DNA of 64,000 nt from Spirochaetia bacterium (GTDB lineage: Bacteria; Spirochaetota; Spirochaetia; UBA9216), in assembly GCA_965140585.1 (NCBI GenBank), contig OZ223269.1, forward strand, positions 64,001 to 128,000, read 5' to 3'. This document shows positions 9,880-22,018 of the stretch, piece after piece. A program made the position numbers and the translations under genes. The stretch's first letter is position 1. Each line of letters starts with the position of its first letter. Below the pieces are notes generated by a model. The model saw only the letters and a list, made by a program, of their open reading frames with translations. It did no database searches and had not been told where the DNA came from.

Positions 9880-10929
9880 ATGAATTCTAAACAGCAGAAA
9901 CAGATAATACTTGTTGTTGATGATATGCCGGATAATATCTCCTTGCTTTCAAGTATCCTTGCCGGAAGCTACAAGGTAAAAGCTGCAAACAGTGGTAATA
10001 AAGCGATAAAAATAGCCTTTGATACACCACCGGATCTGATTCTGCTGGACATAATGATGCCCGAACTTGATGGATACGAAGTATGTAAAACTCTAAAAAA
10101 TGACCTGAGGACAAGGCATATTCCAATAATTTTCATCACAGCACTCGGCGAGGTCGAAGATGAAAAGACAGGTTTTGATTATGGAGCTTCAGACTACATT
10201 ACAAAACCAGTCAGTCCTCCAATTGTTCTGGCCAGGGTTAAAAATCACCTTGCCCTGTATGATCAGAACAGAGAGCTGGAAAGAAAGGTTGCTGAACGTA
10301 CAACGGCATTAGCGCGCAGCCGTTTTGAAATAATACGGAGGCTGGGGCTTGCCTCTGAATACAAAGACAATGAAACCGGTCTTCATGTTGAACGTATGAG
10401 TTATTACTGTCATGTTCTCGCCAAGGGTATAGGTCTTCCCAGTATTGAGACTGATATAATTCTTAATGCTACTCCAATGCATGATGTAGGTAAAATAGGT
10501 ATTCCCGATAAAATTCTACAAAAGCCAGGCAGGCTTACAGATGATGAAATTATAATAATGCAGAAACACGCCCAGTTCGGAGCCGATATCATAGGTGAAC
10601 ATGATGATCCTATGCTTCAGGCTGCCAGGGAAGTTGCCTTGACACATCATGAAAAATGGGACGGGACCGGCTATCCAAACCGACTGGCCGGTGAAAAGAT
10701 TCCAATAATAGGCAGAATAGCTGCTGTAGCAGATGTTTTTGATGCCCTGACAAGTGAACGCCCGTACAAGGAAGCCTGGGCTGTTGATAGGGCTGTAGAT
10801 CTGCTGCGGGATGAGAGCGGAAGGCATTTTGATCCTGTACTTATTGAAGTTTTTCTGGATAACCTGCATGAGATCATTAAAATCAAGGAAAGTCATTCAG
10901 ATAAATTAAGCGGGTTTCCGGAGAAATAA
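9880..10929 (+). CDS. REC + HD-GYP response regulator (RpfG-like c-di-GMP phosphodiesterase)
   Basis: LVVDD...LLDIMMP receiver; HDVGK, HHEKWDGTGYP, DVFDAL...RPYK. Confidence 0.93.
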   Translation: MNSKQQKQIILVVDDMPDNISLLSSILAGSYKVKAANSGNKAIKIAFDTPPDLILLDIMMPELDGYEVCKTLKNDLRTRHIPIIFITALGEVEDEKTGFDYGASDYITKPVSPPIVLARVKNHLALYDQNRELERKVAERTTALARSRFEIIRRLGLASEYKDNETGLHVERMSYYCHVLAKGIGLPSIETDIILNATPMHDVGKIGIPDKILQKPGRLTDDEIIIMQKHAQFGADIIGEHDDPMLQAAREVALTHHEKWDGTGYPNRLAGEKIPIIGRIAAVADVFDALTSERPYKEAWAVDRAVDLLRDESGRHFDPVLIEVFLDNLHEIIKIKESHSDKLSGFPEK

Positions 10930-13900
10930 TTGCGTATAAAAAAATTCATCAGACTTGGCTTTTCAGTCGCTCTTATAGCCATCATTACAGTTCAAATGTT
11001 TTTAATAAGATTCGCTGTTGAACGAATAATTCAAGAGTTTCAGAAAACTGAGATCCTTAAAAATGCAGAGCAGTTCAATGCTTTTTTTCAATTCAGGATG
11101 AAATCTATCGACAGTACACTTAAAGACTATGCATACTGGGATGAAACCTGGGAGTTTGCAGGTGATTTTAATATTGAGTATCAGGAAGAAAATCTTGAAA
11201 TCGAATGTTTTTCAAACCTGAATCTCAGAGGGGTCGTTTTCCTTAATAATGAGATGAATCCTGTTTATACTGATTTCATTGATTCTGAATCAAAGCATGT
11301 TTCTGATCTGAACTTTACATCAGATTCCTATTTCAGCGCAAAATATCCTGTTATTGATTCGGATACCGAAACAAGCGGGGGTTTTGCAGGAAGTAAGGAC
11401 GGTGAAATTTATCTGATTGTACGAAGGCCCGTATTTAGAAACGGCGGATCGGGAGAGCAGCGCGGCTGGATGTTATTCATATCGTCTTTTAGCAATGAAA
11501 TACTTGACAGCTACGAAAAAATACTCGGGTTCCAACTGATGATGCACACCGTTGATATCACTTCAACTCAGGAGGTTGAACCCGGAACATTGATCAACTT
11601 TAATGTAGATTCTTCAAGGGATGCTCACGCGTCTGTTATCTATAAAGATGTACTGGACCGGAAAAATTTTAGCCTGGAAATAGTAGATGACGGAAGTCAA
11701 TTCAATAATGTTCGTATTGGAGTAGTACTCTATGCAATAACTATAATACTGATTCTGGTACTGATCTCCATGGCGGCCTTTCGTTTTATCGAAAAAAATA
11801 TTATCAGGCGGATAGTCAGAATCTCAAAAGATCTTACAGAACTTGCTGTACACAGGGATTTTACCAAAAGAATCTCTGCATCCGGGAATGATGAAATTAC
11901 TAATTTAAGCACCGGAATAAATTCCATGCTGGATACAATAGAAGAATCTCGTATGACTCTTGTAACAAATGAAGAGTTTCTTACCCGGCTGCTTAATTCA
12001 ATTCCAACCGGTGTATACCTTATTGACCCTGAGACCAGTAAAATTGAAGAAATCAATATGCATGCCCTTAAGCTTCTCGGTCGTGATCGGATAGATGTTA
12101 TCGGTCATCAATGCAAGGGTATAACCTGTCCCGAAAATGGAATATGCTACCGGGATTTCGGTAGCAGTACTTTTCAGAATATACGGCATACTATTTTTTC
12201 AAAAGATGGAACCCAAATACCTGTAATAAAATCTGTCAGCCGTATTGAACGGCATGGAAAGCAATTCATACTTGAAACCTTTACAGATATTACTGAGCTG
12301 GAAAAGGCTACAAGAGAACTTGAGCAGGCCAGGGTTGTGCTTGAAGAGCGTGTGGCAGAACGTACCGCAAGGCTTAAGTCAATTCTTGATACCGCTATGA
12401 ATGGTATTATAGTTATGGATCATTTTGGTGTGATCACTTTTTTCAGTCCTTCAGCGGAAGAGCTATTTGATTATAAATCTGAAGAAATAATTGGAACTAA
12501 TTTCGAACTGCTGCTTTCAGAACCTCATCGATCAAAAGTTCATACGGCTCTTGAAAATTTCAGAAACGGAAATGAGCTGATTTTCCTCGGTAGTCGGCAC
12601 CAGATTTCTGCACTTAAAAAAGGCGACATTCATTTTTCTATAGAAATTGCAGCTAATGAAACTGAAATTGAGAACGAGAGGTATATTGTCGCAATGGCAA
12701 GGGATATAACTGCTGAACTTATGGTACAGCAGTCTGTTGAACGCGAAAAGGAAAATCTGGCGACCATCCTGGAATCAAGTCCCGTAGGAGTCGGAATTGT
12801 TGTCGATGGAAAAACCGTGTATGCCAACTCAACAATGAGACTGATGGGAATGGAAGTGGGCGAATTTGCAGTCGACGTTTATACAGATAAGGCCGATCAC
12901 GAAGAAGTATTAAGAATCTTCCGGTCCAACGGATACTGTCCGAACTTTGAAACAAGATTGAACGGTTTCGATGGAATAAGGGATGTTCTGCTTTCAGTTT
13001 ATCCATTCGATTATGATGGTAAACCCGGGGTTCTTGGATGGAACGTTGATATAACCGAACGAAAGCAAATGGAAGATGAACTTCGTCAAAGCCGTCAGAA
13101 ATATGAACGTCTGATTGATGAGCTCGGTGACAATTTTCTTATTTTTAGTCATGATGCGGAAGGTATACTGCTGTTCATAAGTGAAGGTGTAAGTTCTGTA
13201 TTCGGTGTTTCCAAAGAGGATGTCATTGGAAGGAAATGGCAGGAACAATTTGACTGGATGCCCGGTTCAGTAGAAATTGCGGCCGGCAATGTTGAAAAAT
13301 TCTATGACGGTACCAGTTTTTTTAATCAGTTTGAGTTGCAGTATCACCATCCTGATGGTGATATAAGAACTTTGATGGTGGCACATCATCCGGTATTTGA
13401 TGAAGACGGACAAATTCAGTCGGTCGACGGTCTTATTGAAGATATCACCATGCGTAAAAAGGCTGAGCTTGAGCTTGCGGACGCAAAGGAAGCGGCTGAA
13501 GAGGCTACCAGGGTAAAATCAGACTTTCTTGCCAACATGTCTCACGAAATCAGAACTCCCATGAACGCTATAATCGGACTGTCGCATCTGGCAATGCAGT
13601 CAGGACTTAACCCGAAGCAGCAGGGCTATATTTCAAAGGTGTACCGTGCTGCAGAGAATCTGCTTGGGATACTCAATGATATTCTTGATTTTTCAAAAAT
13701 CGAAGCCGGTAAAATTGATCTTGAAAATATTGATTTCTTTCTTGAGGATGTTTTTGAAAATCTTGCCAACATAATAAGTTATCGAATCGAAGATTCAGGT
13801 CTCGAGCTTATGTTTGACATCTCACCATCTACACCAACCGCACTTAACGGAGATCCTCTCAGGCTTGAGCAAATTCTGATTAATCTTGCTAATAATGCTG

Positions 13901-15696
13901 TGAAATTCACCGAAAAAGGAGAGATCGTAATCGGCGTGAGAGTAGATGACTGTTCCGGAAAAAGCTGCCAGTATCATTTCTGGGTCCGTGATACAGGCAT
14001 CGGTCTGACAGATGAGCAGCAGAATAAGCTTTTTCAGCAGTTCAGTCAGGCAGATACGTCCACAACCAGAAAATATGGAGGAACCGGGCTTGGTCTTGCT
14101 ATCTGCAGGAAACTGACTCAGCTTATGGAAGGTGAAATCTGGGTTGACAGTGAAGCCGGAAAGGGCAGTACATTTCATTTCACTGTGAATCTTGCCAGGC
14201 AGGAAGATGAACATGAGCGCTTCCCTGATCACAGCAGTATTGATGAACTTAAAATACTTATCGTTGATGATAACTCAACTTCTCTGCTTATTTTATCTGA
14301 AATTCTGGTTAGTTTTAAATTTATAATTGATACTGCATCCTCTTCTGACGAGGCGGTTTTAAAACTTTCAGATCCGGATAAAAAATTCGATCTTGTGCTT
14401 ATGGATTGGAATCTGCCCGGCAGGGACGGCATAGATACAGTAAAAATGATTAATAAATCTGAAGAGATTGAACACAAACCATCAGTTATAATGATGACCG
14501 CCTACGGCCGTGATGATGCTATCAATGCCAGTCGCGGAGTAGATAATATTGCAGAATATCTTTCAAAGCCTATTATGCCTTCATCTCTTCTTGATGCGGT
14601 ACTTGCTGCGACAGGCAGCAAAGTCAGAAGTGCCCGAAGAATTGATATACATACAGAGATGATTAGTTCCGTGAAATCCGGATTAAAGGGTGCCCGGATA
14701 CTGCTTGTTGAGGATAATGCAATAAATCAGGAAGTAGCTATTGAGCTCCTTTCCAGTGCTGGAATAGAGGTCACTCTGGCTGAAAACGGGCTGGAGGCTG
14801 TAGAGCTTGTTTTAAAAGAGGATTTCGACGGTGTTCTTATGGACTGTCAGCTGCCTGTAATGGATGGTTACGAGGCTACAGAAAAAATAAGGGAAAACGC
14901 TGCGTATTCAGAGCTGCCTATCATTGCAATGACTGCAAACGTTCTGTCAGGAGACAGAGAGAAGTCGCTTAAAGCCGGAATGAATGACCATGTTGGAAAA
15001 CCTGTTAATCCCTCAGAGTTGTTTTCAGTACTTGGGCAATGGATACGGAAGGGGGAAATCATTCATCATGGTGAAGATATTTCAATAGATAATGACATTC
15101 TACCGGAATTATCTGATATTCCAGGGTTGGATACAGAAGCCGGATTATCTGTAGTACAGGGCAATACAGCTCTGTATATACGTCTTCTGGGCAAATATGT
15201 TGAGATGCATGATGATTTTTCTAAGCAGTTTGAAAAAGCGCTTGCTGAAAGTTCTGAAGCATCAACCCGTCTTGCTCATTCGCTAAAAGGATCTTCGGGG
15301 AATATTGGTGCAAATGCTGTAAGAAAGGCCGCTTCGCAGCTTGAAGCAGCCTGCAGGGACAAGGCTGAAAAGAGTGAACTCAATTATATAATTGAACGTG
15401 TAAGTCTTAATCTTTCTGATCTGATTGCTGATATTAAAGAGCATATAATTGAACTGCAGCCGGGGATTCATGAGACGAAAGAGGATAACGGACTTTCTTT
15501 GACCTCTGAAATGATGGATAAGATGGAGCATCTTCTTGCTGAAAATGATACAGAGGCGGTTATTTATCTTGAAACCTTTACCGAGGCTGTTGGACAAAAG
15601 CAGTTTACACCGGCATTCAGGAAATTTGTGAAGACTGTTGAAAATTATGATTTTGAAAAGGCTCTTGATAATCTGCGGAAGCTGAAATTAAAATAG
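10930..15696 (+). CDS. hybrid sensor histidine kinase (CHASE4-HAMP-multiple PAS-HisKA-HATPase-REC-REC-Hpt)
   Basis: [18 protein letters not shown] ends (DITE/DIT), [23 protein letters not shown], two receivers, [13 protein letters not shown]. Confidence 0.93.
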   Translation: MRIKKFIRLGFSVALIAIITVQMFLIRFAVERIIQEFQKTEILKNAEQFNAFFQFRMKSIDSTLKDYAYWDETWEFAGDFNIEYQEENLEIECFSNLNLRGVVFLNNEMNPVYTDFIDSESKHVSDLNFTSDSYFSAKYPVIDSDTETSGGFAGSKDGEIYLIVRRPVFRNGGSGEQRGWMLFISSFSNEILDSYEKILGFQLMMHTVDITSTQEVEPGTLINFNVDSSRDAHASVIYKDVLDRKNFSLEIVDDGSQFNNVRIGVVLYAITIILILVLISMAAFRFIEKNIIRRIVRISKDLTELAVHRDFTKRISASGNDEITNLSTGINSMLDTIEESRMTLVTNEEFLTRLLNSIPTGVYLIDPETSKIEEINMHALKLLGRDRIDVIGHQCKGITCPENGICYRDFGSSTFQNIRHTIFSKDGTQIPVIKSVSRIERHGKQFILETFTDITELEKATRELEQARVVLEERVAERTARLKSILDTAMNGIIVMDHFGVITFFSPSAEELFDYKSEEIIGTNFELLLSEPHRSKVHTALENFRNGNELIFLGSRHQISALKKGDIHFSIEIAANETEIENERYIVAMARDITAELMVQQSVEREKENLATILESSPVGVGIVVDGKTVYANSTMRLMGMEVGEFAVDVYTDKADHEEVLRIFRSNGYCPNFETRLNGFDGIRDVLLSVYPFDYDGKPGVLGWNVDITERKQMEDELRQSRQKYERLIDELGDNFLIFSHDAEGILLFISEGVSSVFGVSKEDVIGRKWQEQFDWMPGSVEIAAGNVEKFYDGTSFFNQFELQYHHPDGDIRTLMVAHHPVFDEDGQIQSVDGLIEDITMRKKAELELADAKEAAEEATRVKSDFLANMSHEIRTPMNAIIGLSHLAMQSGLNPKQQGYISKVYRAAENLLGILNDILDFSKIEAGKIDLENIDFFLEDVFENLANIISYRIEDSGLELMFDISPSTPTALNGDPLRLEQILINLANNAVKFTEKGEIVIGVRVDDCSGKSCQYHFWVRDTGIGLTDEQQNKLFQQFSQADTSTTRKYGGTGLGLAICRKLTQLMEGEIWVDSEAGKGSTFHFTVNLARQEDEHERFPDHSSIDELKILIVDDNSTSLLILSEILVSFKFIIDTASSSDEAVLKLSDPDKKFDLVLMDWNLPGRDGIDTVKMINKSEEIEHKPSVIMMTAYGRDDAINASRGVDNIAEYLSKPIMPSSLLDAVLAATGSKVRSARRIDIHTEMISSVKSGLKGARILLVEDNAINQEVAIELLSSAGIEVTLAENGLEAVELVLKEDFDGVLMDCQLPVMDGYEATEKIRENAAYSELPIIAMTANVLSGDREKSLKAGMNDHVGKPVNPSELFSVLGQWIRKGEIIHHGEDISIDNDILPELSDIPGLDTEAGLSVVQGNTALYIRLLGKYVEMHDDFSKQFEKALAESSEASTRLAHSLKGSSGNIGANAVRKAASQLEAACRDKAEKSELNYIIERVSLNLSDLIADIKEHIIELQPGIHETKEDNGLSLTSEMMDKMEHLLAENDTEAVIYLETFTEAVGQKQFTPAFRKFVKTVENYDFEKALDNLRKLKLK

Positions 15697-15727
15697 CGGC
15701 TGTAAATCCTCACAGCCGCTTTATTTT
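15695..15727. terminator. bidirectional terminator
   Basis: AGCGGCTGT-aaatcctc-ACAGCCGCT then T-rich tail, between convergent genes. Confidence 0.75.
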
Positions 15728-15747
15728 CTGTTTATCAAATTAAAAAA

Positions 15748-16797
15748 TCAGAATCCCAGTACTTCAGGGTTAGGGATGGACGATAGTACCGGAAGGGTAT
15801 CAATGCTTCTGGCTCCGAGCTTTGCAAGTTCATAACGAACCTTTGCCAGCGGCACATCAGGATTGCCTGTTTCAATCTGAATTGAATACTGTGCAAATGT
15901 TTTACCCTCATTTATAGTGGGCTCATCTGCGAAAAGATTATTCTCGGAAAGGTATTCGGTAACTGCAGACTCTGAAGCTGAGGGAACATTGAAAACCAGC
16001 AGCACTTTATCTTCAGCATGGATTGATCCGTAGAGATTTAGAAGAAACATTTTGAGAAGATCATTTTTTTCCGGATCCTCTTTAAGCGATTTGTTTATCC
16101 AGATTCCGGTTTCACTGGTCATTATTTCGTCGATAATCTTCAGTCCGTAACTTCTAAGTGCGCTGCCCGACTGTGTTATCTCAATTCCCAGATCGGCGCC
16201 TCCGTTTTTAACCTTGGCTTCTGTTTTACCCCATGTTTCATAGACAACTATGCCGCTGTCGTTTTTAGGGGGAGTTTTGTATTTTTGTACCGACCATTTA
16301 CTGAAACGGTCATACTCACCGATTTCTTTCAAATTCTTATGAAGCCATTCCACAGCAAGGTAGGGCATTTCTGAAACTACATTTATCAGTTTTTTCTCTG
16401 AACATAGACGTTTCAGCAAGTCTTTGATGTTCTCTGCAGGATCATCACCATTCGCTATACCGACAATCCTTACTCCGCCCCTTTTCAGGGACAGTACCTT
16501 TTCCACATCAAGGGTCTTTCCGTATTCAATTGAAAGCTCCGCTTCACGTTCATGAATCCAGTCATCGCCCGCAATTGCCACATCAAGTTCATTCAACATC
16601 ATCTGGGCGCCGAACTCCTGAGGCCGTCCATCCCATCCGAAAAAATAGTTCACTGTCTGGAAGCTTGTTGGTCCCCCGGATTCATATCCTTTAGTTTTAA
16701 AGCCTGCTTCTTCAAGCAGGTTTATAAGGTTTCCGCCGCGGCCCGGGTTTGCAAGCGAGCCTGCCGGCATTCCGATAATCAGCTGTTTATTACTCAT
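15748..16797 (-). CDS. hisG: ATP phosphoribosyltransferase, long divergent form
   Basis: PAGSL, RPQE, DVAIAGDDW, WGKTEAKV, EITQSGSALRSYGL, LAKLGARSI; overlaps hisI. Confidence 0.75.
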   Translation of the reverse strand: MSNKQLIIGMPAGSLANPGRGGNLINLLEEAGFKTKGYESGGPTSFQTVNYFFGWDGRPQEFGAQMMLNELDVAIAGDDWIHEREAELSIEYGKTLDVEKVLSLKRGGVRIVGIANGDDPAENIKDLLKRLCSEKKLINVVSEMPYLAVEWLHKNLKEIGEYDRFSKWSVQKYKTPPKNDSGIVVYETWGKTEAKVKNGGADLGIEITQSGSALRSYGLKIIDEIMTSETGIWINKSLKEDPEKNDLLKMFLLNLYGSIHAEDKVLLVFNVPSASESAVTEYLSENNLFADEPTINEGKTFAQYSIQIETGNPDVPLAKVRYELAKLGARSIDTLPVLSSIPNPEVLGF

Positions 16798-17183
16798 TTT
16801 TCAACAAACTCCAGCTTCATATCAGGTGTAATTTTACGGTAATAGCAGGATGTGTGCGGACCTCCGTCCTCTTTTTTTGCGTGACAGGCTCCCTTACCCT
16901 GAGGAACAACCAGATACACAAGGGAATTCTGCTCGCAGTTGATCCTTATTTCTTCAATTTTGAGCATATCACCGCTTGTCATTCCCTTTTTCCAGAGTTC
17001 CTTCCTGCTGCGGCTCCAGTAGGTGGCATAACCGCTTTTTATTGTTTCATCAAAAGCTGTCTTATTCGCGAATGCAAGTATTAAAACCTCTTTGGTATTC
17101 ACATCCTGGGTAACTACCGGAATCAGTGTTTCGCCGTCCGGCCCGAAATCAATTAATAAATCTTCTGTATATTCTTTACTCAT
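16794..17183 (-). CDS. hisI: phosphoribosyl-AMP cyclohydrolase
   Basis: YWSRSRKELWKKGMTSG, NCEQNS, GACH...SCYYR. Confidence 0.9.
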   Translation of the reverse strand: MSKEYTEDLLIDFGPDGETLIPVVTQDVNTKEVLILAFANKTAFDETIKSGYATYWSRSRKELWKKGMTSGDMLKIEEIRINCEQNSLVYLVVPQGKGACHAKKEDGGPHTSCYYRKITPDMKLEFVEK

Positions 17184-17301
17184 AACCAGCCAATTTTACA
17201 GTATAATTCCCGGAATTGAAAGCAAAGTTTAGTCTTGCAATACAGCATGATTTCTGAAAGAATAGGGTCGTCCTATCAAACCTGATTATGAGAGTTTTAC
17301 T

Positions 17302-19179
17302 GTGCTATTAAAAAACAGGATATTTTATTTTGTACATCTGATTATTCTATCACTCATTACTGTTACGGCAGCTTTCAGCAGCGATTTAATTGAAAACCGT
17401 TTTATCAAACCTTCGATGGTTATTGAGGCTACCGGAGGTACACTTTATGCAGCTGCACCTGATTACGGCTTTCTTTTTTCAGCTGACGGCGGGAATAAAT
17501 GGGAAAGGCGCAATACCGGCCTGCCCTCAAAGATCGTATATCCGTTTGACCAGGATGAGATTGAAACCCTCACTTCAATCTCATACGACCCCGCTGATGA
17601 CGGCCGCATTGCATGTACAACAGCTTACGGACTTTTCCTCAGCAGCGACAGGGGGATGTCCTGGAAGGCTGTCCCGCTTGGAGACCCTATAGCCCGTTCC
17701 AATTATTTAACATCAGTTTCCCTCAATTCGGAAGATCATAATAGAATTCTTATTGCCACTTCATTCAGCGGTATATTTGAAACTACCGATTCAGGAAAAA
17801 CCTGGAAGGAAATTGCTGAAAAGGAAATTATCTACCGGGGAGCCGGATTCAACGAGGAAATAGCAGCCGCTTTTTACGTGCCCGGCGAAAACGGAGCCTT
17901 ATATGTTGCATATTCCTTCGGGAATGGACTTTATAAAAGTGATGATTCACGGAAAACCTGGAGCATGGTTTCAGGATTTTCAGAAACGAAAAGCATGCAG
18001 AACGCCTATTTTATAAGTACCGGCCGAATACGAATTGATTTCGGGTCCGAGCAGGCTGAATATTTTCCTGAAGATGATACCTGGAGTGATATTTTTCCGG
18101 ATGCTTTTTACAGGGCGCCTGCAGGACCTGCGAGAGCTGCACGTCTTGATTCCGCGGCTGATCATACAGGTCTGTATATTGGTCCTGGACATACAACGGG
18201 CCAGAGGCTTGAAAATCATCTGGATTTCATGGAAAGAAACGGCCTTGATTCAATTGTCATAGATATAAAAGATGATTTCGGCTACCTTACCTATGATTCC
18301 AGGCTCGACTTTCCACTGTCCATCGGGGCTGTAAAAAAACGAACTGATCTGGATTATCTTATCAACCGGGTTCATGAACGCGGCTTCTACGTTATAGGCC
18401 GCATCGTTGTATTCAAAGATCAGCAGCTGTTTAATTATTCAAATCACAAGTATGCCCTATGGGACAAATACAGTGATGAGCCCTGGCGGTATCTGATTAA
18501 GATTGTTGATGATGATACCGGAGAGGTCAGTTATGAGCAGCGTGAGTACTGGGTAGATCCATTTAACCCTGCTGTCTGGAAGTATAATGCCGATATTGCA
18601 GAGGAGCTGCAGGAACGCGGTGTTGATGAAATACAGTTTGACTATATCCGCTTTCCCTCCGACGGCAATACATCAAGAATCAAGTTTAACGCTATCCGCC
18701 CGGGAATGACACGCATAAATGCACTCGAATCCTTTTTCAGGCTGATCAGGGAACGCATTCACGTACCCATCAGTACCGACCTCTACGGTTTCAATACCTA
18801 CTACCGTATGGGCAACTGGATCGGGCAGAACATTGAAATGCTTGCCGACTACGTTGATGTAATATGTCCTATGTACTATCCCTCTCATTTCCCCCGCAAT
18901 TTTATGAGGGATGTTCCCTACATCGAACGGGCCGGAAAGATTTATAATGAGGGGACCTTGAGAGCTGCGGAAATTACTGAAGGCAGAAGCCTTATCCGGC
19001 CCTATGTCCAGGCATTTCTACTTCCCTCCGAGTACTACATGGAAGAGGAAGACTATCACCGTTATCTGCTGATTCAGCTGGAAGCCTGCCGTGAGGCTGA
19101 GTCCTCAGGCTGGTCACTCTGGAATATGTCCAACCGGTACTACATGGTCCCTGAGCCGCTCGGTGACTACCTTAAATAG
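17302..19179 (+). CDS. exported putative glycoside hydrolase (DUF4015-like TIM barrel) with N-terminal BNR/Asp-box propeller
   Basis: Asp boxes (SADGGNKW, SSDRGMSW, TTDSGKTW, SDDSRKTW); VIDIKDDFG, EIQFDYIRFP, PMYYPSH. Confidence 0.8.
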   Translation: MLLKNRIFYFVHLIILSLITVTAAFSSDLIENRFIKPSMVIEATGGTLYAAAPDYGFLFSADGGNKWERRNTGLPSKIVYPFDQDEIETLTSISYDPADDGRIACTTAYGLFLSSDRGMSWKAVPLGDPIARSNYLTSVSLNSEDHNRILIATSFSGIFETTDSGKTWKEIAEKEIIYRGAGFNEEIAAAFYVPGENGALYVAYSFGNGLYKSDDSRKTWSMVSGFSETKSMQNAYFISTGRIRIDFGSEQAEYFPEDDTWSDIFPDAFYRAPAGPARAARLDSAADHTGLYIGPGHTTGQRLENHLDFMERNGLDSIVIDIKDDFGYLTYDSRLDFPLSIGAVKKRTDLDYLINRVHERGFYVIGRIVVFKDQQLFNYSNHKYALWDKYSDEPWRYLIKIVDDDTGEVSYEQREYWVDPFNPAVWKYNADIAEELQERGVDEIQFDYIRFPSDGNTSRIKFNAIRPGMTRINALESFFRLIRERIHVPISTDLYGFNTYYRMGNWIGQNIEMLADYVDVICPMYYPSHFPRNFMRDVPYIERAGKIYNEGTLRAAEITEGRSLIRPYVQAFLLPSEYYMEEEDYHRYLLIQLEACREAESSGWSLWNMSNRYYMVPEPLGDYLK

Positions 19180-19198
19180 AGACTGACATCTTTGTCAG

Positions 19199-22018
19199 TT
19201 AATCCATAATCAGCTGCAGTCCCTGAAAAAGAAATGCTCCATCCATATTCAGCTTAATGAACAAGGAAGCTCGCTCAAGTTCTAACAGGTAATATTCCTC
19301 TACAGCCGGAAGTGTCAGCCCGGCCTTTAAGCTTAAAGCTGAGGCATCCAGACCTATGCCGTATGAATAATATGTATACTCATCAATTATAAAGGATGGT
19401 GAAACAATTGAGAAATCAGCCTTTCCTTGAGTTGATAGGAACATGTACATGCCGCCGGTTACTGAAACCAGAAGATTTACCCCCGCCGAAAGTATGCCGT
19501 CATCAGGTCCGTCAGGACTTTCGGCATAACCGTAGGGACCTGCAGAGGCACTGAAAGAACAGGGTGATGTTGAATACGAACCTGAAAATTCAGTTTCTAC
19601 CAGAAAGATGTCCCGGAATATGGGAAAGCGAAAAGAGCCTGCCAGAACGGCCTGTGAAGCGTATTCAGTTCCAGCGCTGATACTTGACGGGTCAAACAGA
19701 TATTCGGCACTCAGCTCCCCCCTGAGCGGGCTTAAACCGCTTAAGGCCGAAGCATCCTTGACATATGAAAAATACATCCCGACAGCTGCTGTAAGCCCGT
19801 CTGCGGCTGTTATTCTGCTTCCGGAATCACTAATACCGAAGGCTGATGCTGATGACCGGGAGAGTTCATAGCTGAATGCAGAGTTTGCCGTGAGATAGAT
19901 GCTGCGGTTGAACTGGTGTTCGGCTATAAATGGTATAAAGTAGGCGCCTGTTACATCTGTTTTTTCAGTATACAAGTCGCTGTAGTCCGCTGTAAGTTCA
20001 CCGCTGTATGCATGAGAAATGCCGCCATACACATTTCCGGGGCCTGCCTTGAAAATAGTCACCAGTTCAATCTCCGGTCTCAGATCTTCAGGATACAAGG
20101 ATGCCGCCGCGCTCCAAACTGATTCAAAATCAAGATAGCTGCTGCTGAGTGAACAGCCGGCAGCAGTGATGCCGGCACCGAAGGCAACTGATGCAGGCCG
20201 CGGCGACATAGCAGGAATCGGCAGCCATAATACAGGCAGCGGCAAATTAAGAAAACTCTGCCCGGCCTGATGTTCCGTCTCCTGAACACTGAAATCATAT
20301 GCCGGAGGTATATGATCGCTGCTGATATCCGATATAAAAACCGCAGATTCAGGTTCTTTCATCACCTTCACACAGAAGCCCTGGGCGCTGTAAGATTCAT
20401 AAACTATGCTTCCGTCAACAGGGCTTCCCTTCAGTATGCCGACAGAATCCTCTGCTATGCATTCAAGGATCCCGGTGTCTTCAGAATACCGGAAAAGCTT
20501 CAGTCTGCCGCTATCCTCCCTGCAGAAGTATATACTTCCATCATCACCGATAACCGGGTTATAGTCTCCGGCAATGTCCGCAGCAAAAAGCGGTGAAGTT
20601 CTTCCGGAGAGCAAATCTGTTTTGTACAGATCCTGCATACCCCTGAGGCTTGCTGAAAAAATCAGTTCCTGTCCGGATGCTGTAAATACAGGGGTGAAAA
20701 CAGTTGCCTGCGACTCCCCGAAGGCTGTAGTTACAGATAGTGTTTCGGTATTTATAAGAATCAGTCTTGAGTAGCTGGAGTATGATTGGGCGGCAGCTAT
20801 ATAGCCTCCGTCTGGTGATAACGCCAGATCGTAAACTGCTAAGTCTTTAAGCAGGATTTCCCTTTTTCCGGTTTCGATGTTGAAACGGCATAGATCAGTT
20901 GCCATTTCCGATATTCCGGGCAGTCCAGCCTTTGAACGTGATGCTGCAAAGTATATATACCGCCCGTCACTGCTTATGCAGTAGGAATCACGTGTAGGCA
21001 GAGATGTCTCAAATACAATTTCTTCATTTTCGGGGAATCCAGGCCTATCCGGATCCTCAGTGAAACTTACAATTGCCGGTACAGAATCTGCATTAAAACG
21101 GTATGAGTACCATTTCTCTCCAATCTGTTTCGGGAAGCTGTAATTGTATCCGTTTTTTCTGGGCGAAATTATTTTTCCACGGTTTAATTTCAGATCATCC
21201 GCATATTCTCTTGTCAATTCTATCTTCATATCCGCGAATATATTCTCAAGACTTTCTCCGGTTTCATCTTTAACCGCGTCTTCAAAACTCATGAGCTCTG
21301 TGTTCTGCTTCCTGACTACCCGTGCGAATACATCCATCCCAAAGTGTTCCATCATGTAATTTACGATTATGTAGCCTGCGACATAAATACGTCCTGATGG
21401 CGGGTAGGGCGAACTGAATCCGGCTTCCTCAAGGCTGAACATGCTGTTCTCAATAATGGGAGCCTTATAATACAGTTCAAAAAAGGGATTTCTTCCTCTT
21501 CCGCCGTCAGTGAACTCTGTTTCAAGGTTTGTGGTTATCCCCTCAAGTGCCCATCCGGGTACTCCCCCGGCTCTCCATGACAGTGCTGCAGATCCGAAGA
21601 TTTTTGAAATGTTATGATCTATACCTTCCGGCCATGTTATATGAACATAGTGGGTAAGTTCATGTGTAAATACGTATTTAAGCCAGTTTTCATTTCCGGC
21701 ACCCAGCCATGGGCTTTTGGGACTTGTGACAAATATTGTAATCTGGGGCGGTACAGGGCTGAAATATCCGTTTGCTGTATCCATATCATTTGTTACAATG
21801 ACTTTGATATTATCCGGATACACTCCGAAATAGCCTGCTACCTTGTCGTATATGTCTTCTGCAAAGAAAAGCAGTTCATCAACAGCCCCGGCTTCGGTTT
21901 CCCTGTAGATAAATTTAAAGTGTTCGGTCTTCCGCTGAAGCAGTTCTGCCGCTGACACTGACAGCACTCCTGCTGTCCCGAATAAAATAATCACAATTAA
22001 AATTAATTTACTTTTCAT
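19199..22018 (-). CDS. exported protein: metallopeptidase-like HExxH domain + TolB-like propeller + probable beta-barrel
   Basis: Signal peptide, TEHF, HELTH, WALEG, SPDGG/SSDGR repeats. Confidence 0.6.
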   Translation of the reverse strand: MKSKLILIVIILFGTAGVLSVSAAELLQRKTEHFKFIYRETEAGAVDELLFFAEDIYDKVAGYFGVYPDNIKVIVTNDMDTANGYFSPVPPQITIFVTSPKSPWLGAGNENWLKYVFTHELTHYVHITWPEGIDHNISKIFGSAALSWRAGGVPGWALEGITTNLETEFTDGGRGRNPFFELYYKAPIIENSMFSLEEAGFSSPYPPSGRIYVAGYIIVNYMMEHFGMDVFARVVRKQNTELMSFEDAVKDETGESLENIFADMKIELTREYADDLKLNRGKIISPRKNGYNYSFPKQIGEKWYSYRFNADSVPAIVSFTEDPDRPGFPENEEIVFETSLPTRDSYCISSDGRYIYFAASRSKAGLPGISEMATDLCRFNIETGKREILLKDLAVYDLALSPDGGYIAAAQSYSSYSRLILINTETLSVTTAFGESQATVFTPVFTASGQELIFSASLRGMQDLYKTDLLSGRTSPLFAADIAGDYNPVIGDDGSIYFCREDSGRLKLFRYSEDTGILECIAEDSVGILKGSPVDGSIVYESYSAQGFCVKVMKEPESAVFISDISSDHIPPAYDFSVQETEHQAGQSFLNLPLPVLWLPIPAMSPRPASVAFGAGITAAGCSLSSSYLDFESVWSAAASLYPEDLRPEIELVTIFKAGPGNVYGGISHAYSGELTADYSDLYTEKTDVTGAYFIPFIAEHQFNRSIYLTANSAFSYELSRSSASAFGISDSGSRITAADGLTAAVGMYFSYVKDASALSGLSPLRGELSAEYLFDPSSISAGTEYASQAVLAGSFRFPIFRDIFLVETEFSGSYSTSPCSFSASAGPYGYAESPDGPDDGILSAGVNLLVSVTGGMYMFLSTQGKADFSIVSPSFIIDEYTYYSYGIGLDASALSLKAGLTLPAVEEYYLLELERASLFIKLNMDGAFLFQGLQLIMD

